A stretch of 24,000 bases of DNA, taken from Actinomycetales bacterium. Lineage in GTDB: Bacteria > Actinomycetota > Actinomycetes > S36-B12. Position numbers and translations under genes: made by a program. This document shows, piece after piece, positions 1 to 9,191 of the stretch. The notes under the pieces are model-generated. The model was given only the letters and a program-made list of their open reading frames with translations. It was not told the origin of the DNA and did no database searches. Within the stretch, counting starts at the first letter, position 1. Each line of letters opens with the position of its first letter. Location: the NCBI GenBank assembly GCA_018970765.1, contig JAGWVT010000005.1:28867-52866 (forward strand). Reading direction: 5' to 3'.

Positions 1-210
1 AAGTTCACCGGCATTTGCCTCGATGATCGAGACCATCGCGCGGTTGCCTTCGACGTCGATATCGATATCGCCATCGAGGTCGAGAATGTCGAGGAAGCCT
101 TCGAGGTAGTCGGCGGCGGCGTCGCCTTCCTGCACGAGCAGGGTCGCCCCGTTCCCTGTTGACGGGGCTTCCTCGTCGACGATTTCGGTTGTGGATCCTT
201 GATCAGACAT
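1..210 (-). CDS. jag: Jag/KhpB (SpoIIIJ-associated) RNA-binding protein, N-terminal part, truncated by the window edge
   Basis: Reverse-strand reading from ATG at 210 gives MSDQGSTTEIVDEEAPSTGNGATLLVQEGDAAADYLEGFLDILDLDGDIDIDVEGNRAMVSIIEANAGEL. This resembles the actinobacterial Jag N-terminal region. AAGGAG Shine-Dalgarno upstream; located immediately downstream of yidC. Not in the supplied ORF track. Confidence 0.85.
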   Translation of the reverse strand, partial: MSDQGSTTEIVDEEAPSTGNGATLLVQEGDAAADYLEGFLDILDLDGDIDIDVEGNRAMVSIIEANAGEL

Positions 211-243
211 GACACTCCTTGATCCTGGTCACGTGATGCGTGG

Positions 244-1179
244 TCAGGCGGATTTACCAGGCTTGCGCTGGCTGCGGGTGGCTTTCTTTGGCTGCTTACG
301 GACAGGTGCGGGTTCCTCGACCACCGGTGGTGGTTCCGGTGGAGCCTTGACCTTGCGTGCCTTTCTGGCCTCACGAGCCTCGAAGGCAGGGGTACCGGGC
401 TGTGGATTGTTGCGAATCACCCAGAACTGTTGGCCCATCGACCATAGGTTCGTAGTGAACCAATAGATCAACACACCGATAGGGAAGTTGATGCCACCAA
501 TCGCGAAGACCAGCGGGAACACGTAGAGCAGGATCTTCTGCTGACGAACCATCGGGTTGTCCGGGGCGCTGTTCTTGACGATCAGTTGGCGCTGGGTGAG
601 GAATGTCGTGACCGTCATCAGGATGATGAGGATGAAGGCGACGATTCGAGTCGCCATCGGCATGGGTGTCTCGTCGGCGTTCATGAAGGTGCCATAGATG
701 GGCACACCCAGGAGTTCTGCGTTCTTGGCCTGGGGCAACAGGTCCTGATACTGCGCCCACGCAAACACCCCGGGAGGGGTGTACCCCGGATCATTCGGGT
801 TGTACATCGCGATGCCCTGCAGCACGGAGAACAGGGCGAAAAAGATCGGGGCTTGCAGGAGGATCGGCAGGCAGGAGGCCAGCGGATTGGTGCCAGTCTC
901 TCGGTAGAGCTTCATCATTTCCTGGGACTGCCGTTCACGGTCCCCGGCGTACTTCTTTTGGATCTCCTTCATCTGCGGCTGGATCAGCTGCATGTTGCGT
1001 TGCGACTTGATCTGCTTTACAAAGAGCGGAATCAGCAGTATGCGGATCACGATGACAAGTCCCACGATGGAGAAGGCCCAGGTCCAGCCGCTGGCTGGAT
1101 CCATAAAGGTGCTGAGCGCCTGATGGAACTGGACCAAGATCCAGCTCACACCGTTCTTCAGCCAATCGAGGATGAACAT
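244..1179 (-). CDS. yidC: Membrane protein insertase YidC/Oxa1 family
   Basis: 311 aa ORF containing WQQFHQ-like start, LLIPLFVKQIKSQRNMQLIQPQMKEIQKKYAGDRERQSQEMMKLYRETGTNPLASCLPILLQAPIFFALF and a Lys/Arg-rich C-terminus. Position next to yidD/rnpA/rpmH is canonical. Confidence 0.96.
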   Translation of the reverse strand: MFILDWLKNGVSWILVQFHQALSTFMDPASGWTWAFSIVGLVIVIRILLIPLFVKQIKSQRNMQLIQPQMKEIQKKYAGDRERQSQEMMKLYRETGTNPLASCLPILLQAPIFFALFSVLQGIAMYNPNDPGYTPPGVFAWAQYQDLLPQAKNAELLGVPIYGTFMNADETPMPMATRIVAFILIILMTVTTFLTQRQLIVKNSAPDNPMVRQQKILLYVFPLVFAIGGINFPIGVLIYWFTTNLWSMGQQFWVIRNNPQPGTPAFEAREARKARKVKAPPEPPPVVEEPAPVRKQPKKATRSQRKPGKSA

Positions 1180-1229
1180 TGCTTCCGTCCAGTTTTGTCA
1201 GGGTCCAGTGGTGTCGGGGTCAAGAACTT

Positions 1230-1553
1230 TCAGCGTCCAAATCGCGGTGTTCCGTCAGGAAGTATGTCGGGTCGCCACGCACCGTGCTGCGGTACGGGGT
1301 CAATTCCACCACGGTTCCATGGGTTGCAACGCAGCAGCCGCCAGCAGGCCAGCGCAGTGCCCTTTGCTGACCCGTGAATCTGTATCGCTTTAAGTGCGTA
1401 CGCCGAACAACTCGGGTAGAAGCGGCAACTAGCCGGCAGTAATGGCGAGATGGTCTGGCGATAGATCCAGATCAGTGCAATAAGAAGCCATGCCAGAACA
1501 AGACCAAGGGAGTGGTCCCAGACCCAGAGCGCCCACGACACAACCTTTGTCAT
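1230..1553 (-). CDS. yidD: Membrane protein insertion efficiency factor YidD
   Basis: Contains [56 protein letters not shown], the YidD signature. The ORF track starts at a TTG (1556). An ATG at 1553 overlapping the rnpA stop (TGATG) is more plausible. Confidence 0.93.
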   Translation of the reverse strand: MTKVVSWALWVWDHSLGLVLAWLLIALIWIYRQTISPLLPASCRFYPSCSAYALKAIQIHGSAKGTALACWRLLRCNPWNRGGIDPVPQHGAWRPDILPDGTPRFGR

Positions 1554-1903
1554 CAATGCCTCGGCAGTCCGGCACGACCAAGTGCGATGTCAAGATCTGT
1601 GAGCAACGTCGCCCAGGAGCGTTGCGCCGCCCCGGGCAAGGCTCGAATCACGATGCGGCTGCCGGCAGGCCAACCTGCAATGCGAGTCTGAGCCGCGTGT
1701 CGAATTCGACGTGCTACCGCGTGCCTTTCCACGGCATTACCAACAGCCTTGCTAGCCACCACACCAACTCGTGGCAAGCCAGGGTTGTTGTTGCGTGAAA
1801 GCAACACGTGCACGGTTAGAGCGCCGTGTTTACCACGGGTCCCTGAACGCGTAACTTCAAGGAAGTCCGTTGAACGGCGGAGCCGGTGGACTGCGGGCAG
1901 CAT
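1553..1903 (-). CDS. rnpA: Ribonuclease P protein component
   Basis: 116 aa [27 protein letters not shown]...[27 protein letters not shown] (RNase P protein motif K.VGNAV.R...RR.RH). Located between rpmH and yidD. Confidence 0.95.
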   Translation of the reverse strand: MLPAVHRLRRSTDFLEVTRSGTRGKHGALTVHVLLSRNNNPGLPRVGVVASKAVGNAVERHAVARRIRHAAQTRIAGWPAGSRIVIRALPGAAQRSWATLLTDLDIALGRAGLPRH

Positions 1904-1938
1904 GGTCGTTGCCCGGTAAGAGGCCGGACCTCGTTCAA

Positions 1939-2073
1939 CTAGGCAGAAAGGCGCGTGCGGCCCTTTGACCGGCGGGCCGAAAGGATGGCGCGGCCAGCGC
2001 GTGTGCGCATGCGGGTGCGAAATCCATGGGTCTTCGCCCGCCTACGGTTGTTGGGCTGGAAGGTGCGCCTCAT
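1939..2073 (-). CDS. rpmH: 50S ribosomal protein L34
   Basis: 44 aa [44 protein letters not shown], near-canonical L34. The 66 aa ORF in the track over-extends upstream. Confidence 0.97.
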   Translation of the reverse strand: MRRTFQPNNRRRAKTHGFRTRMRTRAGRAILSARRSKGRTRLSA

Positions 2074-2232
2074 GGTTGGGAGCGTACGTATCGCCGCGCT
2101 TGCGGTCAAATGCACATCGGAACCCACAGCGCTAGGCACTGGACTTGTCAGCCTTCCCGGGCGTGACTAGCGTCTAGCCCCGCGGCACCGTCAGTTCAAT
2201 GAGGTTCTAGGACCTGGGCCTGTGCACATCTG

Positions 2233-2251
2233 TTGACAAAGATGTGGACAA
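2233..2251. promoter_or_regulatory. dnaA promoter region with a DnaA-box-like 9-mer
   Basis: TTGACA at 2233-2238 and TGTGGACAA at 2243-2251 (reverse complement TTGTCCACA) lie about 90 nt upstream of dnaA. No convincing -10 was identified. Confidence 0.45.
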
Positions 2252-2340
2252 GGTCACCACATGTCCCATGAGTCCCATGTGTGGGGTGCTCCGACCACCG
2301 AGTAGTAATCCACCATCTGTAGTGACCGGGGTGAGTAGCC

Positions 2341-3756
2341 ATGGCTGAGAACCTGGAACTGCAGTCCGTCTGGTCAGCAGCTTTAGGAGCCTTGGCTGAC
2401 GGACAGCTTTCAGACTCCCAGCGCGGTTTCGTCAACCTGGCTCAGCCAGTCGGAATCGTCGACAGCACCGCCCTCATTGCTGTCCCGAACGACTTCACCC
2501 GAGACATTCTGGAAACCCGCCTTCAACCGATGTTGGCAGAGGCCCTCTCCCAGGCCATGGGACGAGATATCCGCCTGGCCGTCACTGTGGATCCGAGCAT
2601 GAGCGTGTCAACCGATGAATTGGAAATCCTCATCAACGAGGAGCAGGGTGAACGCAACGAAGCCCCACCAGAACTAGCGATTCGCCCGGGTACCGGATCA
2701 CCTGGAACCCGCGTTGAGGACGCCCGACTGAATGCGAAGTACACCTTCGAGTCCTTCGTCATCGGTGCGAGTAATCGTTTTGCCCACGCGGCCGCCGTGG
2801 CGGTGGCCGAGCAGCCCGCACGTGCCTACAACCCCCTGTTCATCTACGGAGGTTCAGGCCTAGGCAAAACGCATCTCCTGCACGCCATTGGCCACTACGC
2901 ACGCACGCTGTACGCAGGCATGCGAGTCCGTTATGTCAGCTCCGAGGAATTCACCAACGAATTCATCAACAGCATTCGTGACGATAAGGCAGCGGCGTTC
3001 CAACGTCGCTACCGCGATGTCGACGTACTCCTGGTTGATGACATCCAGTTTCTCAGCGGCAAAGTCCAAACCCAGGAGGAGTTCTTCCACACGTTCAACA
3101 CGCTGCACAACTCCAACAAGCAGATCGTTGTCACCTCCGATCTGCCCCCCAAGCAGTTGCAGGACTTCGAAGACCGGATGCGCTCACGCTTTGAATGGGG
3201 CTTGATTACCGACGTCCAACCCCCGGACCTTGAGACCCGAATTGCCATTCTTCGCAAGAAGAGCGCTCAGGAGCGGATCGTCGCTCCCCCTGAGGTGTTG
3301 GAATTCATTGCCTCGAAGATCGCCACAAATATCCGGGAACTCGAAGGTGCACTGATTCGGGTTACTGCCTTCGCGTCGCTGAATCGGCAGCCGGTTGACT
3401 TACCGTTGACCGAGAACGTGATGCGTCACTTGTTTCCCTCCGATGAGGGGCCTGAGATCACGGTGGGACAGATCATGGCGGCAACCGCCTCCTACTTCGG
3501 GGTCACCATTGACGACCTATGTGGCTCAAGCCGATCGAGAGTGTTGGTCACCGCACGGCAGATCGCCATGTACCTGTGTCGTGAACTCACCGATCTGTCC
3601 CTACCGAAAATTGGACAGGCTTTTGGTGGCCGTGACCACACCACCGTGATGCATGCGGACCGCAAGATCCGGCAGTTGATGGCTGAGCGGCGCAGTCTGT
3701 TCAACCAGGTCACGGACCTCACCAGCCGTATCAAGTCTCAACCGAGGACTGTCTAG
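2341..3756 (+). CDS. dnaA: Chromosomal replication initiator protein DnaA
   Basis: 471 aa; Walker [16 protein letters not shown], Walker [13 protein letters not shown], domain IV signature [25 protein letters not shown]. Confidence 0.99.
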   Translation: MAENLELQSVWSAALGALADGQLSDSQRGFVNLAQPVGIVDSTALIAVPNDFTRDILETRLQPMLAEALSQAMGRDIRLAVTVDPSMSVSTDELEILINEEQGERNEAPPELAIRPGTGSPGTRVEDARLNAKYTFESFVIGASNRFAHAAAVAVAEQPARAYNPLFIYGGSGLGKTHLLHAIGHYARTLYAGMRVRYVSSEEFTNEFINSIRDDKAAAFQRRYRDVDVLLVDDIQFLSGKVQTQEEFFHTFNTLHNSNKQIVVTSDLPPKQLQDFEDRMRSRFEWGLITDVQPPDLETRIAILRKKSAQERIVAPPEVLEFIASKIATNIRELEGALIRVTAFASLNRQPVDLPLTENVMRHLFPSDEGPEITVGQIMAATASYFGVTIDDLCGSSRSRVLVTARQIAMYLCRELTDLSLPKIGQAFGGRDHTTVMHADRKIRQLMAERRSLFNQVTDLTSRIKSQPRTV

Positions 3757-3782
3757 TCCCACTTGTCACTCTCGTCCCCATA

Positions 3783-3791
3783 TGTGGATAA
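3783..3791 (-). promoter_or_regulatory. DnaA box, perfect consensus
   Basis: TGTGGATAA = reverse complement of TTATCCACA. Confidence 0.88.
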
Positions 3792-3794
3792 CTC

Positions 3795-3803
3795 TGTGGA
3801 CAG
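3795..3803 (-). promoter_or_regulatory. DnaA box-like 9-mer
   Basis: TGTGGACAG (reverse complement CTGTCCACA), 12 bp start-to-start from the perfect box at 3783, same orientation. Confidence 0.6.
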
Positions 3804-3851
3804 TGGTTAATTGATTCGTAGTGACAGAAGTGTCCCCAGCTGAGGACATCC

Positions 3852-3860
3852 TGTGGAGAA
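3852..3860 (-). promoter_or_regulatory. DnaA box-like 9-mer
   Basis: TGTGGAGAA (reverse complement TTCTCCACA). Confidence 0.5.
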
Positions 3861-3880
3861 GTACCTCACCTCTGGGGTGT

Positions 3881-3889
3881 TTATCCACA
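3881..3889 (+). promoter_or_regulatory. DnaA box, perfect consensus
   Basis: TTATCCACA followed by AA. Confidence 0.88.
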
Positions 3890-3952
3890 AACTGTCCCCA
3901 ACGAGCTCAACTTGTGAGGTGGTCTCTAGGTGTCCGGGCCAGACCCGAGTAA

Positions 3953-3961
3953 TTCTCCACA
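3953..3961 (+). promoter_or_regulatory. DnaA box-like 9-mer
   Basis: TTCTCCACA, same variant as the inverted copy at 3852-3860. Confidence 0.5.
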
Positions 3962-3985
3962 GCGCTGCCGATGGCTAGTCACAAC

Positions 3986-3994
3986 CCGTCCACA
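3986..3994 (+). promoter_or_regulatory. DnaA box-like 9-mer
   Basis: CCGTCCACA. Confidence 0.4.
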
Positions 3995-4157
3995 GCCAAA
4001 TTCGGCCACCGGGCGTCGTTCTCAAGTGTTTTCCACTGAATCCACAGTGCCTACGACTACTACGACAGCAACTAGTCGGAATAAGCCCACCAATAACGGC
4101 CTGCCTCCTGGGGATGCCCGGTCTTGACGTATCCCATGAGCCTGGAACACTGACGCT

Positions 4158-5282
4158 GTGAGATTCAGGGCTGAGCGTGATGTGCTAGCCGATGGCGTTG
4201 CTTGGGCTGCACGCACCCTGCCAAGCCGTCCACCGGTACCTGTCCTAGCTGGTCTGGTCCTGCACGCTGAATCAGATGCGCTCGTGCTGAGCAGCTTCGA
4301 CTACGAAGTCTCGACACGTGTGCTGGTCCCAGCCGACATTCAGACTGCTGGAACAGTCGTAGTTCCAGGTCGCTTGTTGTCCGATATTTGTCGAGCTCTG
4401 CCGGGTGCACCTGTTGAAGTGCAATTGGACGGCACCAGGGTTCGTATCACCTGCGGACGCTCATCGTTCGCGGTACCGATCATGCCTGCCGAGGACTACC
4501 CGCAGTTACCGACAATGCCGGAACAGGTGGGATCGGTCCCAGGGGACGTGTTTGCCGGTGCGATTACACAGGTCGCTATCGCGGCAGGTAAGGACGACAC
4601 CCTGCCGATGTTGACCGGCATGCGCATGGAGATCGAAGGCACGCAGGTGACCTTGGCGGCGACCGACCGCTATCGCTTAGCAATGCGTGAATTTACTTGG
4701 GAACCGCTTCAGAAAGCGCTCACAGCGGCCGTGCTGATTCCTGCTCGCACGATGGCTGACATGGCCAAAGCGTTGAGCGGTGGCAGTGGCAACAGCGCAG
4801 TGCAAATCGCACTGGCTGAGGGCGGTACCGGTGAAGGCATGATCGGCTTCGAGTCCACTGGCCGTCGAACGACGACACGGCTCCTTGACGGGGAGTTTCC
4901 GAAATACCGAGGCCTACTACCCAACGAGGCATCCTGCATCGCCACGGTGAGCACAGCGGAGTTGATCGAAGCTGTCCGTCGTGTGGCGTTGGTTGCCGAT
5001 CGCAATGCACCGATACACCTGGCCTTCAATGGTTCTGAGGTAACGCTTCGCGCCGGCGCGGGTGATGAGGCCAATGCCACCGAGACTCTGGGATGTGCGG
5101 TAGACGGTGATGGCTTGGAGATTGCGTTCAATCCAGCCTTCCTGCTAGACGGGCTCTCCGCCGTGGGTGAGGCGAGCACGAACTTCAGATTTACCGAATC
5201 CAACAAGCCCGCAGTGCTTGAGGGCGTGGATGCTGGAAGTAGTTACCGGTATCTCCTTATGCCCATCCGACTCACCGGCTAA
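4158..5282 (+). CDS. dnaN: DNA polymerase III subunit beta (sliding clamp)
   Basis: 374 aa, GTG start; MRFRAERDVLADGVAWAARTLPSRPPVPVLAGLVL... ending SYRYLLMPIRLTG; canonical position after oriC. Confidence 0.98.
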   Translation: MRFRAERDVLADGVAWAARTLPSRPPVPVLAGLVLHAESDALVLSSFDYEVSTRVLVPADIQTAGTVVVPGRLLSDICRALPGAPVEVQLDGTRVRITCGRSSFAVPIMPAEDYPQLPTMPEQVGSVPGDVFAGAITQVAIAAGKDDTLPMLTGMRMEIEGTQVTLAATDRYRLAMREFTWEPLQKALTAAVLIPARTMADMAKALSGGSGNSAVQIALAEGGTGEGMIGFESTGRRTTTRLLDGEFPKYRGLLPNEASCIATVSTAELIEAVRRVALVADRNAPIHLAFNGSEVTLRAGAGDEANATETLGCAVDGDGLEIAFNPAFLLDGLSAVGEASTNFRFTESNKPAVLEGVDAGSSYRYLLMPIRLTG

Positions 5283-5288
5283 TCCTTC

Positions 5289-6458
5289 GTGTGGCTTGCA
5301 GAACTGAGCCTTGTTGACGTCCGGTCGTACCAGGCGCTCAACTGTTCATTCAATCCCGGTGTGACTGTGCTTGTTGGACGCAATGGTCAAGGAAAGACCA
5401 ACATTGTTGAGTCAATTGGTTACCTTGCAACGCACACCAGTCATCGGGTCGCCAGTGATGCCCCAATGATTCGTCTGGGTGCGCACCAGGCACTGATCAC
5501 CGGCGAGGTGGTGACAAAGGAGCGCCAGGTCCTCTTGGAGTTAGCAATTCTGCAGGGACGGGCAAACAAAGCACGGGTCAACGGTGTCCCGGTACCGCGC
5601 TTTCGGGAAGCCCTGGGGTACCTGACTTCGGTCACGTTCTCACCAGAGGACCTGGGCATAGTGAAGGGTGATCCCGCCGAGCGTCGCCGATTTCTCGATG
5701 AATTGATCATGCAGCACCGACCGAGAATGGCGGCTGTCTACAGCGACTATGAGCACACCTTGAAGCAACGCAATGCGCTACTGAAATCAGGTCTCGCTCG
5801 ACCTAACGGTGGGCAACCGTCAGCTGCGGCATTCACGAGCATGCTTGCCGTTTGGGACGAGCAACTCGTCAAGTTGGGCGCCCAGTTGACCGTCGCGCGT
5901 CTTGCCATGGTCGAACAACTCGCCGCCACCATCGTTTCCACCTATGCGACCTTGGCTCAAGGTGCAGCGGTCCTTGACGTCGCACTGGCTTACCGAAGCA
6001 GTGCCCTGAAGCCGGACGACGACTCAAAGGACAACGTGTCGCTCCCCAACGATGAGCAGTCATGGACCGCGCTGTTGGATGAGGCGTTACTGAAAGCGCG
6101 AGCCCAAGAACGCGCGCGAGGCATTACCGTGGTTGGACCACATCGCGACGATCTAGTCCTGTCCTTAGGCCCGCATCCGGTGCGCGGTTTCGCCTCTCAA
6201 GGTGAATGTTGGTCTCTAGCATTAGCGCTCAGACTGGCATCTATCAACGTGTTGGCCAGCCAAGGTGATAGTCCAGTGGTCATTCTTGATGATGTTTTCG
6301 CAGAGTTGGACAGTGGTCGACGTTTGATGCTCAGAGACTTCCTCACCGGTGTTGATCAGGTGTTCATTACGGCCGCTGTTGAGGAAGACCTCCCAAGTGA
6401 ACTTGTTGCTGATCGACTTGATGTTCGTGATGGAACGGTCTCACCACGGGCAGCATGA
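5289..6458 (+). CDS. recF: DNA replication/repair protein RecF
   Basis: 389 aa; MWLAELSLVDVRSYQALNCSFNPGVTVLVGRNGQGKTNIVESIGYLAT (Walker A) and VVILDDVFAELDSGRR (ABC signature/Walker B region). Confidence 0.98.
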   Translation: MWLAELSLVDVRSYQALNCSFNPGVTVLVGRNGQGKTNIVESIGYLATHTSHRVASDAPMIRLGAHQALITGEVVTKERQVLLELAILQGRANKARVNGVPVPRFREALGYLTSVTFSPEDLGIVKGDPAERRRFLDELIMQHRPRMAAVYSDYEHTLKQRNALLKSGLARPNGGQPSAAAFTSMLAVWDEQLVKLGAQLTVARLAMVEQLAATIVSTYATLAQGAAVLDVALAYRSSALKPDDDSKDNVSLPNDEQSWTALLDEALLKARAQERARGITVVGPHRDDLVLSLGPHPVRGFASQGECWSLALALRLASINVLASQGDSPVVILDDVFAELDSGRRLMLRDFLTGVDQVFITAAVEEDLPSELVADRLDVRDGTVSPRAA

Positions 6459-6474
6459 TGATGTGTAGCCGATC

Positions 6475-6972
6475 ATGACGACCCCAAGCCGTGCAGCTAT
6501 GCGTGCCCTCGATCAAGCCACGAAGGCAGGACCTCGGCGTGATGATGGGTCGATAGCTGAGCGCCGAGGGCCCAAAGGAAGAGGGACCGAGGGAACAGGA
6601 CCCAAGGCAACCCGTCAGGCCGACATAAGCACCTCGCAGAGCGCGGTGCGAGACCTTCTGCAGTCCCAAGGTTGGGAGCACCTGAGTGTGCGCGCCAGCG
6701 TTCTGGCGGAATGGGGGACTTTGGTTGGTGCAGATCTCGCCCAACATGTGACCGTCGAGGATTTCACAAATGGAGCCCTCAAACTTCGGGCCGAATCGAC
6801 AGCCTGGGCAACCCAGGTTCGGCTGTTGGCGGGAGAGATTCAAGTGGTCCTGGATACCCGGTTCGGTCCAGGCGTGGTGACCAGCCTTGAAGTGCAGGGT
6901 CCGGCAGCGCCTCGATGGGGGTCGGGTCCACGCCGTGTCCCAGGCCGCGGTCCGCGGGACACTTACGGCTGA
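6475..6972 (+). CDS. DUF721 domain-containing protein (DciA-like)
   Basis: 165 aa; central LLQSQGWEHLSVRASVLAEWGTLVGADLAQHVTVEDFTNGALKLRAESTAWATQVRLLAGEIQVVLDTRFG is a typical DUF721 domain. Located between recF and gyrB as in other actinobacteria. Confidence 0.87.
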   Translation: MTTPSRAAMRALDQATKAGPRRDDGSIAERRGPKGRGTEGTGPKATRQADISTSQSAVRDLLQSQGWEHLSVRASVLAEWGTLVGADLAQHVTVEDFTNGALKLRAESTAWATQVRLLAGEIQVVLDTRFGPGVVTSLEVQGPAAPRWGSGPRRVPGRGPRDTYG

Positions 6973-7177
6973 GAGAGCCGATCCCGTATCCCCACCTACA
7001 CGAGTACCGGTCCAGGCCTCCACAGGGCGGTTTATTCGCCCCACAAGTGCCACGAGAGCAAGACTTCGCCATCAGGACGCAGTAGAATTTGCCCACCGCA
7101 GCCACCAGCCGTCCCAAACGGCTCGCGCCTGCTTCCTGAACCACATTTGACCCGGCTAACGACAAGGAGTTTGGGCG

Positions 7178-9145
7178 GTGACCTACGACGCGAGCGCCAT
7201 CACCGTCCTGGAGGGCCTGGATGCAGTACGAAAGCGCCCCGGCATGTACATCGGCTCCACCGGAGAGCGCGGGCTCCATCATCTGGTTTACGAAGTCGTG
7301 GACAACTCCGTCGATGAAGCCATGGCGGGTTACGCAACGCTAATCGATGTCACCCTGCTCGCTGACGGTGGTGTCCAAGTTGTCGACAATGGCCGCGGTA
7401 TCCCTGTCGACATGCACCCGGTTGAGAAGCGACCAGCCGTCGAGGTCGTACTCACCGTGCTTCACGCCGGTGGCAAGTTCGGGGGTAGCGGCTACTCGGT
7501 GTCCGGTGGTCTACACGGGGTCGGCGTGTCGGTGGTGAACGCCCTATCGACGCGCTTAGACATTGAGATCCACCGTGATGGCCACGCCTATCGGCAAACC
7601 TACGCGAACGGTGTGCCCACGGCGCCACTAGAACACGGCGAGGCGGTCACCGATACCGGAACCGCAGTGCGCTTCTGGGCCAATGGTGACATTTTCGAGA
7701 CGACGCACTACGACTTCACAACCCTGGCCCGTCGCTTCCAAGAGATGGCCTTTCTCAACAAAGGGCTCACTCTTTCCCTCACGGATGAGCGGACAATCGA
7801 AACCCCCGTTTCAGATGAGGCCGAAGAAACCGTCCGTCAGGTTACCTATCACTACGACGGGGGCATCGCCGATTTCGTGCGCCACATCAACGCCAGCAAG
7901 GGCCCGTCACATCCATCGGTCATCGAGATAGCTGCTGAGAGCGAGGTTGCCAACAGCGGCCAACAGATGAGCGTTGAGGTGGCACTGCAATGGAACACGA
8001 CCTACGCCGAGTCGGTCTACACCTTTGCCAACACGATCAACACCACCGAGGGTGGTACCCACGAAGAAGGATTCCGAGCTGCGTTGACCACACTGGTCAA
8101 CAAATTCGCTCGCGAGTGGAACATCCTGAAGGACAAGGATCCGAATCTTTCTGGAGAAGACGTACGTGAAGGCCTCGCTGCGATCGTCAGCGTCAAACTC
8201 CGCGACCCCCAATTCGAAGGGCAGACTAAAACCAAGCTCGGCAACACCGAGATGAAGGCTTTTGTTCAAAAAGTCGTCAATGACCAACTCGGCGAGTGGT
8301 TTGAAAAGAATCCTTCCGAGGGGCGTGACATTGCGCGCAAGGCAGTTAACGCCGCAACGGCACGAATCGCGGCTCGCAAGGCTCGAGATCTCGCACGAAA
8401 CCGCAAAGGCCTTCTTGGCGGCGCCGGCATGCCTGGCAAGCTCATCGACTGCTCGAGTCGCAATCCAGAGGAATGTGAACTCTTTATCGTCGAGGGTGAC
8501 TCTGCCGGTGGTTCAGCCCGTCAAGGCCGCGACCCACGAATCCAGGCCATCCTGCCGATTCGCGGCAAGATCCTGAATGTTGAGAAAGCACGTATCGATC
8601 GAGTGCTGCAAAACAACGAGGTCCAGGCGTTGGTCTCCGCAGTGGGTACTGGTGTCCAGGACGAATTCGACCTGAACCGTATGCGGTACCACAAGGTGGT
8701 GCTCATGGCGGACGCCGATGTGGATGGCCAGCACATTCGAACACTGCTGCTGACCCTGCTGTTCCGATTCATGCGACCCCTCATCGAACAAGGTCACACA
8801 TTCCTTGCCCAACCACCGCTGTACAAGATCAAGTGGTCAAGGGAGACGGCTGACTTTGCCTACTCAGATCGTGAACGCGACGCAATCATCGAAGCTGGAA
8901 TTGCCGCGGGCCGCCGACTCCCGAAGGACGAAGGCATTCAGCGCTACAAAGGCCTCGGCGAAATGAATGCCGATGAACTCTGGGAAACCACCATGGATCC
9001 CGATCGAAGGGTCCTCCTGCAGGTGACCTTAGATGACGCGGCGCAGGCCGATGAGATGTTCTCAGTCTTGATGGGCGAGGACGTCGAATCCCGTCGCGCG
9101 TTCATTCAACAGAACGCACGTGACGTGCGCTTCCTTGATATCTAG
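7178..9145 (+). CDS. gyrB: DNA gyrase subunit B
   Basis: 655 aa, GTG start; [75 protein letters not shown], Toprim [19 protein letters not shown]. Confidence 0.99.
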   Translation: MTYDASAITVLEGLDAVRKRPGMYIGSTGERGLHHLVYEVVDNSVDEAMAGYATLIDVTLLADGGVQVVDNGRGIPVDMHPVEKRPAVEVVLTVLHAGGKFGGSGYSVSGGLHGVGVSVVNALSTRLDIEIHRDGHAYRQTYANGVPTAPLEHGEAVTDTGTAVRFWANGDIFETTHYDFTTLARRFQEMAFLNKGLTLSLTDERTIETPVSDEAEETVRQVTYHYDGGIADFVRHINASKGPSHPSVIEIAAESEVANSGQQMSVEVALQWNTTYAESVYTFANTINTTEGGTHEEGFRAALTTLVNKFAREWNILKDKDPNLSGEDVREGLAAIVSVKLRDPQFEGQTKTKLGNTEMKAFVQKVVNDQLGEWFEKNPSEGRDIARKAVNAATARIAARKARDLARNRKGLLGGAGMPGKLIDCSSRNPEECELFIVEGDSAGGSARQGRDPRIQAILPIRGKILNVEKARIDRVLQNNEVQALVSAVGTGVQDEFDLNRMRYHKVVLMADADVDGQHIRTLLLTLLFRFMRPLIEQGHTFLAQPPLYKIKWSRETADFAYSDRERDAIIEAGIAAGRRLPKDEGIQRYKGLGEMNADELWETTMDPDRRVLLQVTLDDAAQADEMFSVLMGEDVESRRAFIQQNARDVRFLDI

Positions 9146-9191
9146 GGCTTGATATCCAAGCCGTGGTACCTAGTACACGAAGGAGCTACCG

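Larger units (their letters stand above)
3757..4157. other. oriC: Putative chromosomal origin of replication (oriC), dnaA-dnaN intergenic region
   Basis: About 400 bp non-coding gap between dnaA and dnaN with perfect DnaA boxes (TTATCCACA) at 3783-3791 (- orientation) and 3881-3889 (+). Related 9-mers at 3795-3803, 3852-3860, 3953-3961, 3986-3994, 4029-4037 and 4038-4046. Confidence 0.9.

Noticed and set aside
586-1377. 263 aa + strand ORF opposite yidC
   Set aside because: Antisense shadow of yidC with His/Arg/Gln-biased composition. The real coding frame is clear on the minus strand.
1955-2170. 71 aa + strand ORF opposite rpmH
   Set aside because: Antisense of the L34 coding sequence.
3930-4216. 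Short ORFs on both strands inside the dnaA-dnaN gap
   Set aside because: Low complexity (Thr/Asn/Arg-rich) and overlapping DnaA-box-like sites. The region is better explained as oriC.
4709-5206. 165 aa - strand ORF opposite dnaN
   Set aside because: Ser/Ala/Arg-rich shadow ORF of dnaN; no motifs.
7083-7088. TAGAAT hexamer upstream of gyrB as a -10 element
   Set aside because: No convincing -35 at the right spacing. A single hexamer is not enough to call a promoter.
6367-7282. 228 aa and 167 aa - strand ORFs across the DUF721 gene and the gap before gyrB
   Set aside because: Antisense to the DUF721 gene and not conserved-looking. No RBS or domain evidence.
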